Assembly (NCBI GenBank): GCA_964016885.1
Contig: OZ024747.1
Coordinates: 5,146,001 to 5,210,000, forward strand
Direction: 5' to 3'
DNA: 64,000 nucleotides
DNA from: Eledone cirrhosa
Lineage: Eukaryota
Shown: one piece after another, positions 15,061-29,864 of the stretch
Layout of the letters: the number at the start of each line of letters is the position of its first letter
Numbering within the stretch: position 1 is the stretch's first letter
Notes under the pieces: model-generated
What the model saw: only the letters and a program-made list of their open reading frames with translations
The model's database searches: none
Told to the model about the DNA's origin: nothing
Translations under genes and position numbers: made by a program

Positions 15061-15127
15061 TTTTATTATGCGCATTTCAAAAACAAACATCATCAAACAA
15101 TAATATTTGTGTTTTCATCAGATAAAA
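15061..15127 (-). ncRNA. Type I hammerhead ribozyme (inverted copy of 15249-15315)
   Basis: Exact reverse complement, in the left arm of the palindrome. Confidence 0.78.
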
Positions 15128-15248
15128 CAGGAGAACATGATATGAAGGCTAAAAAACACTTGTTGATAGTGCAGTTTTAAATCAAATATGTTGATTTAAA
15201 ACTGCACTATCAACAAGTGTTTTTTAGCCTTCATATCATGTTCTCCTG

Positions 15249-15315
15249 TTTTATCTGATGAAAACACAAATATTATTGTTTGATGATGTTTGTTTTTGAA
15301 ATGCGCATAATAAAA
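15249..15315 (+). ncRNA. Type I hammerhead ribozyme, canonical core
   Basis: Helix I TTTTAT/ATAAAA. CTGATGA at 15255-61. 16-bp helix II (one mismatch, some G-U pairs) at 15262-97. GAAA, then palindromic helix III ATGCGCAT. AUA site after 15309. Confidence 0.82.
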
Positions 15316-15347
15316 TATATGGAACTCCTTTAACCATCTTTTGATCT

Positions 15348-15383
<36 letters not shown>

Positions 15384-15404
15384 CATCAACTGGAACTAGC
15401 TGTC

Positions 15405-15444
15405 ATAATGGCAAGAGCTCAGCCGTCGGATCCCGATTCTTTAT

Positions 15445-15540
<96 letters not shown>

Positions 15541-15745
15541 GATATATATATATATAACGAAGGAAGTGTGGTAAGGAACCTAGTGGACCATAACGCACCA
15601 AAGTACTCAATACTTATGGTAGTGGAGTAGGTAATAGGGAAATGTTCAAGACCCCGACGGCAGAATTCGAGCCGCTTCGACGGCTATTTCAGAAATAGCC
15701 GACGAAACGGCTCAAGCTCTGCCGTCGGGGTCTTGAACATTTTCA
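15405..15745. mobile_element. TA-embedded fold-back family C copies
   Basis: ggtaaggaacc..gaccataacgcacca..gaccccgacggcaga motif, with palindrome centre at about 15690. Confidence 0.7.
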
Positions 15746-16487
15746 TATATATATATATATATATATATATGCGTATGCGTGTATATATATATATGTATAT
15801 ATATATATGTGTGTGTGTGTGTGTGCGTGTATACATATATATGTGTGTGTCGTATATATATATATTTGTGTGTGTGTGTGTGTGTGTGTACAAATACAAT
15901 TTCGTGGGTGAGTAATGAGGGGCGGGTAATGTTCTTAGGTCGGGTTCTCTTAGTTTAATTTTATGTGAATGACGCAGTTCCAGGAAGATGATAAATAGAA
16001 AATGGCGCAGTCACGAAACTCCTGCAGTGAAGGCTTAATTGTATTATTACACCCGCATGGTACAAACTATTCTTGGAAATGCTTTAGACCAAACAAAGTA
16101 TGTATGGTAATATTCTAGCAATCACTGCTGTCATTAGAGAGGGACGCATGCTGGAGAGTTAATCAAAACCTCATTAGTAATATACTCTTATAGAAATGAA
16201 AAGCAGGATAAGGATATTGACGGGTCGGCTGTCCCATAAAAGCCATCAATGTCCAGCTGTGTATTTACAAACACGAGACGTTACCTTGTTGACCTTTACA
16301 GCGATATACGTGATTGTGATGGCGAACGTGATGGAGACTAGGCGTAAACTCGATCACATGATACACACAATGTGTGTGTGTGTATGTGTGTTTGTGTACG
16401 TGTGTGTGTGTGAGTCAATATATCAATATATGAATATGTTCAGACTAAGACAATTCTAAAATTGTAAGCTAAACAGATAGTTCAATG

Positions 16488-16541
<54 letters not shown>

Positions 16542-16554
16542 GCAATTTAAAATG

Positions 16555-16732
16555 TAGAAAAGGCCTCTACAGGACTAGAACCGTTTCATTGGTATGAAAT
16601 CATCAGGAATGCCATACGAATGAAACAGTTCTAGCATTGTAGAAACCATTTCTATATTAAATTTAGTTGTTCTCACTCTACTAATGTATTGAGTACCTTA
16701 TTTACTAAGGTTACCTGCGATTTCACTCTGGA
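16555..16732. mobile_element. Diverged family A copy
   Basis: Shares ctacaggactagaa..gtttcatt..aaatcatcagg and tattgagtaccttat..ggttacc with 2662-3052. Confidence 0.6.
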
Positions 16733-17301
16733 TCTACACATATATGTGTGTCTGATAGCTAGATAAATATATATATATAGATATATATATATAAGGAAAA
16801 GAAATCGAAAATGCAGCTGGAGTCTTTTTTAAAATATTTATTTCCTTTACCGGTTTCACAGTTCTTATGCTTTTCAGAAGTAAAATTGAGATGGAAGGTT
16901 TGTCTCGGATATATATATATATATGTGTGTGTGTGTGTAAAAGGTAAACAGAAATAACAACACAATCGGTAGAGTATAAGGAAGGGATAGAGAGATAGAG
17001 AGATAGAGAGATAGAGAGATAGTTAATGCTGGTCAACTGTTACTGAACTGATTGTATTTTAACTTCTTCCCAATAATCGTTATATCACTAAGTATGTAAC
17101 AATAAGGTTGGTGCTCCTGAAGCAGAGAACGAAGGAGGAAAAAATCATTTATCAGAAATCTCCTAATTCAAGCGATTTGTGTGATAGTCTTGTAAAATAT
17201 GTAAAGCTCTCTAAAGTTGGGAATTTAGTTAAAGTTACAGCATTGTTTAAATATCAATAAAAGACTGTTGACTCTTAAGGAGCCAAACTAATTCATTCTG
17301 C

Positions 17302-17366
<65 letters not shown>

Positions 17367-17384
17367 CTCACATACACATACACG

Positions 17385-17456
<72 letters not shown>

Positions 17457-17519
17457 GTGAGTGATGTGTAATGTGTCTGTTTGTATTGAATTGACTATAT
17501 ATGTGTGTGTGTGTGTATA

Positions 17520-17564
<45 letters not shown>

Positions 17565-17655
17565 GTGTGTATATATATGCATTGTGTGTGTATATATATA
17601 TATATATAAGAATTAAAATACTAGAGTGTGTTGGAGTTAAACACCCTCTTCGTAT

Positions 17656-17742
<87 letters not shown>

Positions 17743-17752
17743 GCGTGTGCGT

Positions 17753-17783
<31 letters not shown>

Positions 17784-18221
17784 CGTGTGCGTGTGCGTGT
17801 GTGTGTGTGTATGTGTGTGCGTGTGTGTGTACATATATATATATATGGCGGTGTTGGTGTCTACTATAACCGTTACATTGGCAAAAACTGTTTAATTAAT
17901 GTGGAAAGCGTGTTTCTTCCACGTCAGATGCAGCTGTCTCAAAACTATCATCATGGGATTAACATCACCATATGAAGTATGGCGTTGTAGGAAAACACTG
18001 ACAAAACCACACACATACTGACTAATACACACACACACTGAAACATACACACACACTGAAACATACACACACACTGACAATAACACACACAGTAATATAG
18101 TTCTTAGAAATCATATACCAGTAAATAATTTCCTAAGATTTACTACATTATTATAAAACCCACACATATATACAGATACATGTTTTAAAGCGGTCGATTG
18201 GTCATTGGAGGGTCGCATTTA

Positions 18222-18690
18222 ATTCTTCTTCTTCTTCTTCTTCTTCTTCTTCCTGAGAGTCCTGAAACACTCCTTCCAGCAGTTCCTGTCAGAAGCAACC
18301 CTCTCCAACTGATTTGGCTGGATCTCCAAGTGAGACGAGCCGAACTCATGGATGTTATCCAGCCATCTTGCTCGGAGTCTACCTCTGGTTCTCCTACCAG
18401 TTGGTTCTGTCCGTAAAATATGTCCAGTGATTCTTTCCTGAGACATTCTGACCACATGTCCATAATATCAGAGCTGTGATCTCTCAATTCAGAGAAGTAG
18501 GGGCTCTACCTGGAGTGACTCTCTGATCTCCGAGCTACGCACTCTATCGAGTAACGTTAGTCCAAAGACATTTCGGAGGAACCACAATCCCGTCGCTTGT
18601 ATTTGCGATCGTATTCTTTCGTGGTATTTCTTACAGCCTTCTGCATTGTACGAGGTCGATGAATCAAGTACTAACTTGTACACGAAAGTG
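18222..18690 (-). mobile_element. RTE-clade LINE 3' remnant with (GAA)n tail
   Basis: Degenerate ERIRSQIQATGLWFLRNVFGLTLLDRVRSSEIRESL...GRRTRGRLRARWLDNI, ending in (GAA)n. Confidence 0.8.
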
Positions 18691-18953
18691 ATTTAGCGGA
18701 ATATCGTTGGAGAGTCAAACCTGATACCTTCTGGTATCTGTTTCGGCTATTTTACTTCTGAGCTCACCTACGACGTCACTGGGTGCCAGGCTATAGCGGC
18801 CCTTGCCTTTTCTTTAGACACAACCGGTGGGGTGTAGCGAGGAGGCTTTCATATACATGGGTGACTGCAGATCTTTTGTTATGCCCAGACTTCCACCTAG
18901 TACTAGAACATTCTATGGACTGATCCGTAGTCTCACAACACCTGAGTATCCCA

Positions 18954-18993
<40 letters not shown>

Positions 18994-19041
18994 CTACCTA
19001 TGACCTAGACCTATGGTCTCATATGACACTAGAAGCCCTAG

Positions 19042-19102
<61 letters not shown>

Positions 19103-19622
19103 CAGGTATATAATAGAACGAATAACACAGGTGAAATATAGCAATTATTATATTTATAAAATGGTCCGATTTGACCACTTCCATCCCATTTGTTAAGGGA
19201 GGTAAGTCTGGGACTTTGCCGCTTCTTAACCTCGTTAGGGAGCACAACAGGATGTAACTTGAAGTTCACTGTCATAGCATTGACGTTACATCATTAGTTT
19301 TTGTAGAACATAAGCAACGTACACGTGCGTATATATGTGTGTGTGTGTGTGTGTATGTGTGCGTGCGCATGTGTGTGTGTGTGTCTGTGTGTCTGTGTAT
19401 TTCTGTGTATCAATACATATATTTACAAATCTATATTTCAATCTTATCTAAATGAAGATATTAGATATTTTTTCTCTGTAGTTGTTCCTTCTCTCCTGTC
19501 TTTCGTTTTCTATTTATTTCTTTTTTGTTTTTGTTTTCAGAATGAACCTTTTTTATATTTTTATTTGATGGGGCTCGGAATTTTATTTATTTGCACGTTT
19601 ATTTGTCTACCTCTCTATCTAC

Positions 19623-19662
<40 letters not shown>

Positions 19663-19844
19663 CCATCAACCTATATATTTAGTTACGTATCTATGTACCT
19701 ATTTAGAACTATCTTCCTAACCTAACTAACGATCTCATATATCTCTATCTGTCAGTCTATCTACTTACCTACTCACCTCTATAACTAACGACCCCCCCCC
19801 CCCCTGTAAATATCTTTCTTTCCTTCTAGCTATTTATCCATCTA

Positions 19845-20016
<172 letters not shown>

Positions 20017-20069
20017 GATGAGATTTTTTTCCAAAATGAAAATAACCGAGGTGTCCTACACGACTGAAA

Positions 20070-20314
20070 GTATAAGGAAAAAAGATGAAATCGAAAATGC
20101 AACTGGGGTCTTTTTAGGAATATATATTTGGTTCCTTTACCGGTTTCACAGTCCTTATGCTTTTCAAAATAGAATTGAGATGGTGGGTTTGTGGTTTTTC
20201 TCGCATCTCAATTCTATTTTGAAAAGCATAAGAACTGTGAAACCGGTAGAGGAACCAAATAAATATTCTTAAAAAAACTCCAGCTGCATTTTCGATTTCA
20301 TCTTTTTTTCCTTT

Positions 20315-20316
<2 letters not shown>
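20070..20316. mobile_element. TA-embedded fold-back element (family F) with 3' half-hammerhead GAAACCGGTA
   Basis: Arms at about 20075-20182 and 20204-20312. A single-arm copy lies at 16793-16905. Confidence 0.65.
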
Positions 20317-20358
<42 letters not shown>

Positions 20359-20635
20359 TATACGTATAATTATACTTATATGCAGACAGAGGTTATAGTT
20401 TTCATCTATATATCTATCTATCGATCGGTCTATATACTCATCGAGATGTCCCTCTATCTTTCTCCTCATCTATTTCCATCTCTCTATACATATCCCTCCA
20501 TCTGTCTATCTATCTATCATCTATCTATCTATCTATCTATCTATCTGTCTATCTGTCTATCTATCTATCTATCTATCTGTCTGTCTGTCCATCTATCTAG
20601 TATAATAGTATCCATTTGTTTTCAATCTGGTGCAG

Positions 20636-20789
20636 ATGTGTCTCCCTGAGACCGCTTGTGTTGTCAAAGAAGAAAAACTAGCAATAATGTCTCCCGAGAA
20701 CTTCAGTGATCTTTCGACTATGTCTTCTTGTGGTGACAATGGACGCGGCTGGAATATGGTAACAAGCACTCATTATGAGGAACTGTCAG
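20636..20789 (+). CDS. Protocadherin coding exon 2 (cytoplasmic; MCLPETAC...SDLSTMSSCGDNGRGW...YEELS)
   Basis: Acceptor TGCAG| at 20635 and donor CAG|GTAAGT at 20789/20790. 154 nt, phase 0 in and phase 1 out, in frame with exon 1. DNGRG resembles the DSGRG cytoplasmic motif of protocadherins. Confidence 0.85.
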
Positions 20790-20929
20790 GTAAGTCGTTG
20801 AGACTTTATCAAATACCTACAGCCATCTACTGCCTCGCTTACCGCAACAACTTCGTCCCTATAATCCTTCTCTTCTCTATTGGCCTCCACTCTAGTTATT
20901 GGGCTATGATTATTATTGGGATACTTATG

Positions 20930-21011
<82 letters not shown>

Positions 21012-21015
<4 letters not shown>

Positions 21016-21412
21016 AAAAGAGTCAGGACCCCGACGGCTGAGCTCCGGCCGCTTCGACAGCTAGTTCTGAACTAACGCAGTATTGTTAGCACAGCAGTAG
21101 TTCGGATCTAGCTGTCGAAACGGCCGGAGCTCAGCCGTCGGGGTCCTGACTCTTTTCTACTACCCAAAGTATCGACTACTCTGGTGCGTTATGGTCGACC
21201 TGGTATCTTACCACACTTCCTTCGTTATATATATATATATATATATATAACAAAGAAGGTGTGGTAAGATACCAGGTGGACCATAACGCACCAGAGTACT
21301 CGATACTTTGGGTAGTAGAGTGGGTAATAGGAAAAGAGTCAGGACCCCGACGGCTGAGCTCCGGCTATTTCGACAGCTAGATACGAACATTTCGGATGTA
21401 GCTGTCGAAATA
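21012..21412. mobile_element. Two TA-embedded family C copies in inverted arrangement
   Basis: Same motif as 15555-15745. Fold-back around gacagctag..ctagctgtc, with 3' half-hammerhead GAAACGGC..GCCGTC at 21117-21139. Confidence 0.75.
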
Positions 21413-22053
21413 ATTCTTCATAGTCCCCTAAAATAGGTTATAGTCAACTTCCGATTGCACACTTAGAAGACAACTACTTTGAAAGACAAGATTAAGGGAC
21501 GTTTGTAACAACTGGTATTTATCCCCAATATTATCACCCCTTAGCTCCCAATCGCACGTTTCGCGGGAGGATTGCTTCCATGGGATTCACAGTTTCAAGA
21601 AAAGGAGAGCAGAAGGACATGCGATAGTAGCAAACATTTGTTGTATATCGTTACATAGTTACTCCTGAAACCGCTGTCTTTAGTCTGGCTCTTTAGATTG
21701 CCTATATCTACCTGTATAAGTACGAGAGAAAAAGAACGAGGGTGTTTGGTACACATGTGGGGGATATATATATATATATATGTATGTATATAGTGAAAGA
21801 GGGAAGAATAACATGGTCAACAGTACAAAAAGGGTTTTATTTACAGTATTAACAATTGTTTCATTGATTAGGATGTCTAAAAAAGAGGTTAGACCATTAC
21901 TCAACAGAGTACTCGATACTTGGGGTAGTAGAGTTTGCTTATATTAGGTCCCGACACTTTATATATATACACATACATAAATACACACACACATATATAT
22001 ATATATATGTGTGTGTGCGTGTATGTATGTATATATGTATATATATATATATA

Positions 22054-22208
22054 TAACAAAGGAATTGTGGTAAGGAACCAGATGGACCATAACGCACCAG
22101 AGTACTCAGTACTTAGGGTAGTAGAGTGGGAAATAGGAAAAAGTATGACCCCGACGGCAGAGCTCGAGCCATTTCGACGGCTATTTCTGGACTAGAGTCA
22201 TACTTTTT

Positions 22209-22211
<3 letters not shown>
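22054..22211. mobile_element. Family C copy
   Basis: ggtaaggaaccagatggaccataacgcaccagagtactc..gaccccgacggcagagctc between (TA)n tracts. A truncated copy lies at 41578-41665. Confidence 0.7.
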
Positions 22212-22270
<59 letters not shown>

Positions 22271-22475
22271 TATATATTTTTATTTGTCTGACCCGAATTT
22301 TCCTGGTCGTTTTTTCGGCTGTGCGAACGATTGTTTAAGCATCGTCTCAGTGTGTTGGTATTTAAACGTTAGTTATAGCTCTGGTTTATCCAAACTATTG
22401 AGCACTTTGCCACACATTTCGAAGATTGTGTTTCGTTATTTCGTGGGCCGAGATTCCGATTCTTGATAATTTATT

Positions 22476-22530
<55 letters not shown>

Positions 22531-22908
22531 GCAAACAGAAATAACAAAGCAAACGACACAATACAATGAAGAAATATCTATTGTTGTTTAATCTACATGA
22601 TAGTGTATGAATACACGTGTTAGTGTGTCTGTATGAGTATATGCTTGTGTGTGTGTGTGTGTACACCAATGTGTGTGTTCAACCATGTGTGTATGTGTAT
22701 GTATCTATGTGTGTGAGTATGTATGTATAAAATGTTATTGTTCAACACTGACGTAATACGTTGTTCTGTTCGAATTGGTAAACATTTTCGGGTTTCTTCT
22801 CCCCCACCTCCCTCTTTATCTCTCTCTCTTTCTCTCTACCCTGTCTATCTATCTCTCCCTCTTTCTCCCGTTCTCTCCACCCTCTCTATCTCTTTTTCTC
22901 TATCTCTT

Positions 22909-22939
<31 letters not shown>

Positions 22940-23138
22940 CTTCCTCTCTCTCTTTCTCTCTTTCTGTTTCCATCTGCTAGTTTCTCTTTTACTCTATCTC
23001 TTAATCTATCTTTCTCTTACTCTCTTTCTCTCTCTTAGTTGTGTGTGTTCTTCCCTATCTCTCTCACTTTTACTCTCCTTCTCCCTATCTCTACCCCATT
23101 CTCCCATTTCTTCTCTCTCTCCCCCTCTCTCTCTCTCC

Positions 23139-23169
<31 letters not shown>

Positions 23170-23206
23170 CCTGCTTCTCTTTTACTATTTCTCTGTATTT
23201 CTTCAC

Positions 23207-23241
<35 letters not shown>

Positions 23242-24110
23242 AGTTGTTCCCTACCTCGCCCACTCTTGCTACCCCTCTCCTCTCCGACTCTCTTTCACTC
23301 TTTCAATTTCTCTCTGCATCCCTCGTTCTCCCTCACTCTAGCTCTCCTTCCCTCTTCATTTCTTTCTCTCATCCCTCTCTATTTCTCTCTCTCTCTCTCT
23401 TTCAGTGGCTCTCTACCTCTCCCACTCTTACTATCCCTCTTGCCCTCCCACCCTCTCTCTCTCTCTCTCTCAATTTCTCATTTGTTCTCTCTCACTCAAG
23501 CTCGCCATTCTCTCTCTCTCTCCTCCCTCTCTCTCTCTTCAGCTTATCTTCTCTCTTCTTCCAGAATTCTTCTCTTATCTTCAATATCTTTTAATATTTC
23601 AAAATCCAATTTAAATTCTAACCGTTTGATGTCAAGTTAAGCTTAGTAATCCGTCTCCATATTGCAACTAGTCGGTTTAGATGTGTAGATAACACAATAG
23701 TATTGTTTGTCCAATATAGTTTCTTTTTAATCATGGAAGTCGAGAACTGACTCTCCACCAGCTTGCGGCCAATACATCCAGCAATATGGCTGCAGGCTTC
23801 CTTGTCATCACAAAATGACGGAAATCTCTTAACTTTCTTAATTTTCCATAATAGAATTACAGATAGCAGTTTGATCATTCGGAACGTATCATTTATCATA
23901 TATCACCTATTGATCTATTTCAAATTAGCGTTTTCTACTATCAGTATTATTGTTATTGTTGTTGTTGTTGTTGTTCTTCTTCTTCTTCTTCTTCTTCTTC
24001 TTCTTCTTCTTCTTCTTCTTCTTCTTCTTCTTCTTCTTCTTCTTGCTGCTGCTGCGGTTGCCATCTTTATCATCATCATCATCATCACCGTATTTATCAT
24101 CAACATGATT

Positions 24111-24143
<33 letters not shown>

Positions 24144-24323
24144 GTCATCATCACCATCACCATCATCATCATCATCATCATTACAATCGTCTTCACCATC
24201 ATTATTATTATTGTTTTCGCATGTCTATATAAATGGAGTAAACAAAGAAATCGTTATTGCTGATGTTGTTGTTGTTGTTGTTGTTGCTGTTGCTGTTGTT
24301 GTTGTTGTTGTTTCTGTTGTTGC

Positions 24324-24366
<43 letters not shown>

Positions 24367-26436
24367 AGTGATATTCTCAAGATGGTGGGTTGTCAGAAAC
24401 GATACAACATTGGACAACAAAATACTTCGCAGTATTTGTTGCGACTCTTTACGTTCTCAGTTCAAATCTTGCTGATGTCAACTGTGCCTTACATTCTTCC
24501 AGGATCGATAAATAAAGTACCAGTCGAGTACTGGGTCTGTTTAAACGTCATCCCCATCACCAAAGATTCTTGGCCCTGCCCCCTAAATTAGAAAACACTA
24601 TTATCATTAATACATGCCCTCAAAAACCAAGACCTGACTAGAACGCATGGTCTTTTATTTTTTGTGGAAAGGACGAACCCTGCTTGTCAGAAAATATATC
24701 AGCTACCAACACCCACGACATGGTGGCCTAGACATACCACCACTAATGATGCGCAGGCACGGGCTGTGATTAGCCATCTGTAGAATTAGATTGTGTACGT
24801 CGACGTTGATGACAACAAACATGAAATACTAGAGACCTGGGTCATCAAGTGTAGACCAAGTTTGGTGATCAGTGACGTTGACTGAAGAGGACTGGACTTC
24901 TATGATCATACATTTCTAAGGAAGAGCCAGGTAACCGGGTGAGGGCACTTTGAATGCCCTTGAGGCCTCAGGGTAATGAAGGGTTTGGGGAGGTGTTTTC
25001 CCTGGAATTACTCTACTACTACTACTACTACTACTACTACTCCTACTACTACTATTACTGCTACTACTACTGCTACTACTACTACTACTACCACTACTAT
25101 TACTATTACTGCTACTACTACTGCTTCTACTACTACTACTACTACTACTGCTTCTGCTGCTACTACTACTACAACTACTACTACTGCTACTACTACTACT
25201 ACTACTAATGCTACTGCTACCACCACCACTACCATCACCACTACTACTACTACTACTACCACCACTACCACCACCACCACTACTACTACTACTACTGATG
25301 ATGTTGATGATAATGATGTTGATGATGGTGGTGGTGATGATAATGATAAGGCTGCTGTTGATGATGATGACGAGGGGGAGGGGGGGGGGAGATGGTGGTG
25401 GTGATATTCTGTCACTGACTATCAGAAGCACTCTAATTTAAAATAGCAATTAGACTTTCATAACTGGTTATATAAAGCCAGAGTTTTACTATTTCCTAAT
25501 TGGATGTTCAGTTATTCAGTCTATATTATGTGGAGTGTCTTTTACCATTCTCAGCGAGTTCTTCTGTGTTTCTTTGTGTCAATAACAATAACAAGTACAT
25601 TTAGGGAACCATATGTGATTAACGCTTTTACAATCCTTACAAATCTGTAATACACAGTGGTGTGTTCAACAAGAGCTGCTACAAAATACAAATACACACG
25701 CACACTCGATCGTTCACAAACACACACTCGCTCACTAACATACAAACACAAACACACAGAGTCACACACACAGAGTCACACACACTCGCTCACTAACACA
25801 CAGACACAAACACACATACATGTACACACACACACACACACACAAACACACACAGAGTCACACACACTCGCTCACTCACTAACACACAGACACGAACACA
25901 CACGCACACCCAATCACACACAGTCACACACTCACTCACTAACACACACACACACAAGCACACATACATGTACACACACACACAAACAAACACACACAAA
26001 CACAGACACGAACACACATAAACACACAAACACACGCAGAGTCACACATACACACATGCGAACTCACACAGATGCACTCACATAAACAACACACCTACAT
26101 GCATACACACTCCCACAATTTCATAAACAACCACACACATACACACACACAAATATTCATACACACACACACACAGACACACACACACATAAACACAAAC
26201 ACACATAAATACAAATACAAACACACACACAAACACACACATACTCACACACAAATATTCATACACACACAGACACACACATAAACACAAACACACATAA
26301 ATACAAATACAAACACACACACAAACACACACATACTCACACACAAATATTCATACACACACACACACACATAAACACAAACACATAAATACAAATACAA
26401 ACACACACACAAACACACACATACACACACACACAC

Positions 26437-26484
<48 letters not shown>

Positions 26485-26828
26485 CTGACAGATCAATACG
26501 TAGCTGTGAAGCCATACAAGACATGAAGAAAAGCCAAAACAATATTCCCGAACATATTAAACTATATATTTACGTCATATAAAAATCTGAAGCATCCCTC
26601 TGTGTCATTGGAAAATATAGAATATTCTACAGAGACGTTATGAGATGGAAACTCTTTCAACATTTTTAAGAGAAGGAATGAATATTTTATATTTCTCGGC
26701 AATATTTCTACCCTAATATTTGCAATAGTAAATTCCTTAAGTTTTCTTCTTCTGAAAACCGCACATATATATACAGATACATGTTTTAAGGTGGTCAATT
26801 GATAGAGTCATTAGGGGGTCGCATTCAA

Positions 26829-27430
26829 TTCTTCTTCTTCTTCTTCTTCTTCTTCTTCTTCTTCTTCCTGAGAGGGTCGTGGGGGCAGAGTCCTCAAACC
26901 CTCCTCCCAGCTGGTCCTGTCAGAAGCAACCGTCTCCAACTGATCTGGCTGAATCCCCAAGTGAATCCAACCAAGCCTATTGATATTATCCCACCATCTT
27001 GCTTGGGGTCTACCTCTGGGTCTCCTGTCGGTTGGTTTTGCTCTAAAATATGTCCAGCAATTCTTTTTTTGATACATTCTAACCATATGCCCATAGTGTC
27101 AGAGCTGTGATCTCTCAATTCGAAGAAGTAGCGGCTCTACCTGGAGTGACTTTAATCTTCGAGCTACGTACTCTATCGAATAACGCTACTCCAAAGACCC
27201 TTCGCAGGAACCCCATTTCGGCCGCTTGTATTCGCGATCGTATTCTTTCGGTCATTATCCAAGATTTATGACCATAGGTAAGGGTTGGCACAAATACCAA
27301 ATTGAAAATAGCCAGTTTGGTTTACCGAATACTGAAGCTCGCGTATTTCTACACCAGCTCCTGCAATTCTTGTCGAAATACACCAATTCTAAATTTATCC
27401 GCGTCTGTAGAAAATTCCATTTCACTTAAA
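26829..27430 (-). mobile_element. RTE-clade LINE 3' remnant with (GAA)n tail (same family as 18222-18690)
   Basis: VFVPTLTYGHKSWIMTERIRSRIQAAEMGFLRRVFG...RRPRGRPQARWWDNI. Confidence 0.85.
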
Positions 27431-29154
27431 AAGAACTTCTTTCCAATCAACAATGGTATTTTCTTGTAGCTTTTTTATTTATTTTATCTTTTTTTTTCCA
27501 ATAATGCTGACATTTTCCCAGTAATATTTCAAAAGGTTAGCTCTGATAATGAAACTTGAAATTTTATTTAAAACTACTCTGGTGCTTAAATTTGTCAGAT
27601 CTCTCAATATAATTCTTGCAGAAAAAAGTTTGAATTTTTAGTTTCAGAGATTTTGTTTTTCAATTCTTTAAGATTTCCCTTAAAATTGTTCTCCTGTAGA
27701 AACCTGCTATAGTGTGTCAAGAATTCATCTCGAAATAAATTTAAACAGTGTTTTGTTCCTCTGTCTATTGGCATCATACAATTTGTAGTAAAGAATCTTG
27801 CATTACAATAGAAACACTCTGTGCAGTTCGATTAAATTAGCTTTAATATTCTGGAAAAAATTGTTAGTTCTTTCAAAGTCCTGAAATCCAAACTATGATC
27901 CCCAAATTCCGAACCCTTAACTCGTTACACGATCTCGAGCTCCAAACCTGGAACTCTAAAAATCGACCTCAAACGCGTGGCTGTACAACAAGCAAACAAA
28001 AGATTCAACACTTCATTTAACTCATCATTTACCCAAAATCTAATCATGGTTTTAAGCACAGTCAACTGTTTTACCCAGAATTCTACCCACAAATTTACCC
28101 ACAATCTTCTAATTTACCCACCAATTTCCGCACAATATAACCCACACAATAAACTAGGTATCCACTGCTTTACTACCACATTCTCTTCCACATCAATATT
28201 TTGATCAAGTTAACGACCAATATATTCACTTTGTAATAATGTTGGTGGAAATAGTATTGGTGGCAGTGGTGTTGGTGGAGGTGGTGTTGGTGGTAGTGGT
28301 GTTGGTGGAGGTGGTGTTGGTGGCAGTGGTGTTGGTGGAGGTGGTGTTAGTGGTAGTAGTCTTGGTGGAAGTGTTGTTGGTGGAAGTGGTGTTGGTGGAA
28401 GATGTGGAAGTGTTGTTGGTAGTAATGATACTGTGGAAGTGGTGTTGGTGGAAGGTGTGGTAGTGGTGTTAGTGGAAGTGATACTGTGGTAGTGGTGTTA
28501 GTGGAAGGTGTGATAGTGGTGTTGGTGGAAGTGATACTATGGAATTAGTGTTAGTGGAAGGTGTGGTAGGGGTGTTGGTGGTAGTGTTGTTGGTGGAAGT
28601 GGTGTTAGTGGAAGTGATACTGTTGAAGTGGTGTTAGTGGAAGGTGTGGTAGTGGTGTTGGTGGTAGTGTTGTTGGTGGAAGTGGTGTTAGTGGAAGTGA
28701 TACTGTGGAAGTGGTGTTAGTAAAAATGTTGGAGAGTCAGTGAATTAATAGTAAATTGATCATTCCGTTTGTGTGTATTAGACATATCTATTTCTAAAGA
28801 TCTAATATCTTACATCTGTTACATAATTAATTTGTTAGTTGTGGCTGTTGATTGCTGCTGTTGTAATTATTATTATTACCATAATATTGTTGATGTTGTT
28901 GTTGTAATTAATATTATTATCACTAGCAGAAAAACTACCCTTCCGGTGGTTTTCTGCTAGCATGTGTAGTGTGTATATTGATATTATACGCAAGTATATA
29001 TACATGTCGATATGATACATCAAATAAAATCGTATTTGACAATATATAATACATAGAAATTGAACGAAGACTGCGTTACACTGTCTTATTTAATCAGTAA
29101 CGTAATCCATGGTATATTAAAAAAAGACGATATTATATATAAACTGCATTATAG

Positions 29155-29340
29155 GGCGGTGAATTGGCAGTATCGGTAGAGGGGTGGACGCCATGTTTTC
29201 TAGCATAGTTACGTTCCTTTACAGTCTGAGTTCAAATCCCGCCGAGGTTAACTTTGCCTTTCATCCTTAAGGGGTCGATAAAATAAAGTACCAGTAATGC
29301 ACTGGGTAATTGCTGGCCTTGTGCCAAAAGTAGAAATAAT
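29155..29340 (+). mobile_element. tRNA-derived SINE family 1 (central domain resembles MetaSINE), near full length
   Basis: A-box-like ggcggtgaattggcag, B-box gagttcaaatccc, core ctttgcctttcatcctta.ggggtcgataaaataaagtaccag, and a short ATT tail. Confidence 0.8.
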
Positions 29341-29519
29341 TATATATAAACTGCATTAGGAGAAAATTAGTGACGGAAAATTAGCGATGGCCAACCGGAA
29401 GTGTTGACATTTCAAAAATTTTAAAGAAGTGAATCTTTAAATAAACAAAATATATTTAATGAACAGCCACGAAATTTAGTAGATAAATTATGTAATATTC
29501 ATTCATTATTTATTCAAAG

Positions 29520-29652
29520 TTATGGCCCTTGCCATTCTGAGTTCAAATCCCGCCGAGGTTAACTTTGCCTTTCATCCTTACGGGTCGATAAAATAAAGTA
29601 CCAGTAATACACTGAATAATTGCTGGCCTTGTGCCAAAAGTAGAAACAATTA
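29520..29652 (+). mobile_element. SINE family 1, 5'-truncated
   Basis: B-box, core and 3' end. Confidence 0.8.
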
Positions 29653-29825
29653 TTTATTCAAAGTAATCCAACTTATTTTACAAACGGAATAAAAAAAAAA
29701 TCGTACGCTGATTATTATAGTTTATATTGTTGATGTTGTTGTCGTTGTTGTAGTTGCTGATGTTGTAGTTGCTGTTGTAGTGTTGTTATCGTTGATGTTA
29801 TTGTCGTTGTTATTGTTGCTGTTGC

Positions 29826-29864
<39 letters not shown>

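Larger units (their letters stand above)
14932..15355. mobile_element. Fold-back element in (TA)n with about 165-bp inverted arms
   Basis: Arms 15021-15185 and 15191-15355 with 5-nt loop ATATG. Flanked by (TA)n. Confidence 0.8.

Noticed and set aside
23618-23899. 93-aa ORF with HIAGCIGRKL, reminiscent of a transposase fragment
   Set aside because: Too short and degenerate to assign without a search.
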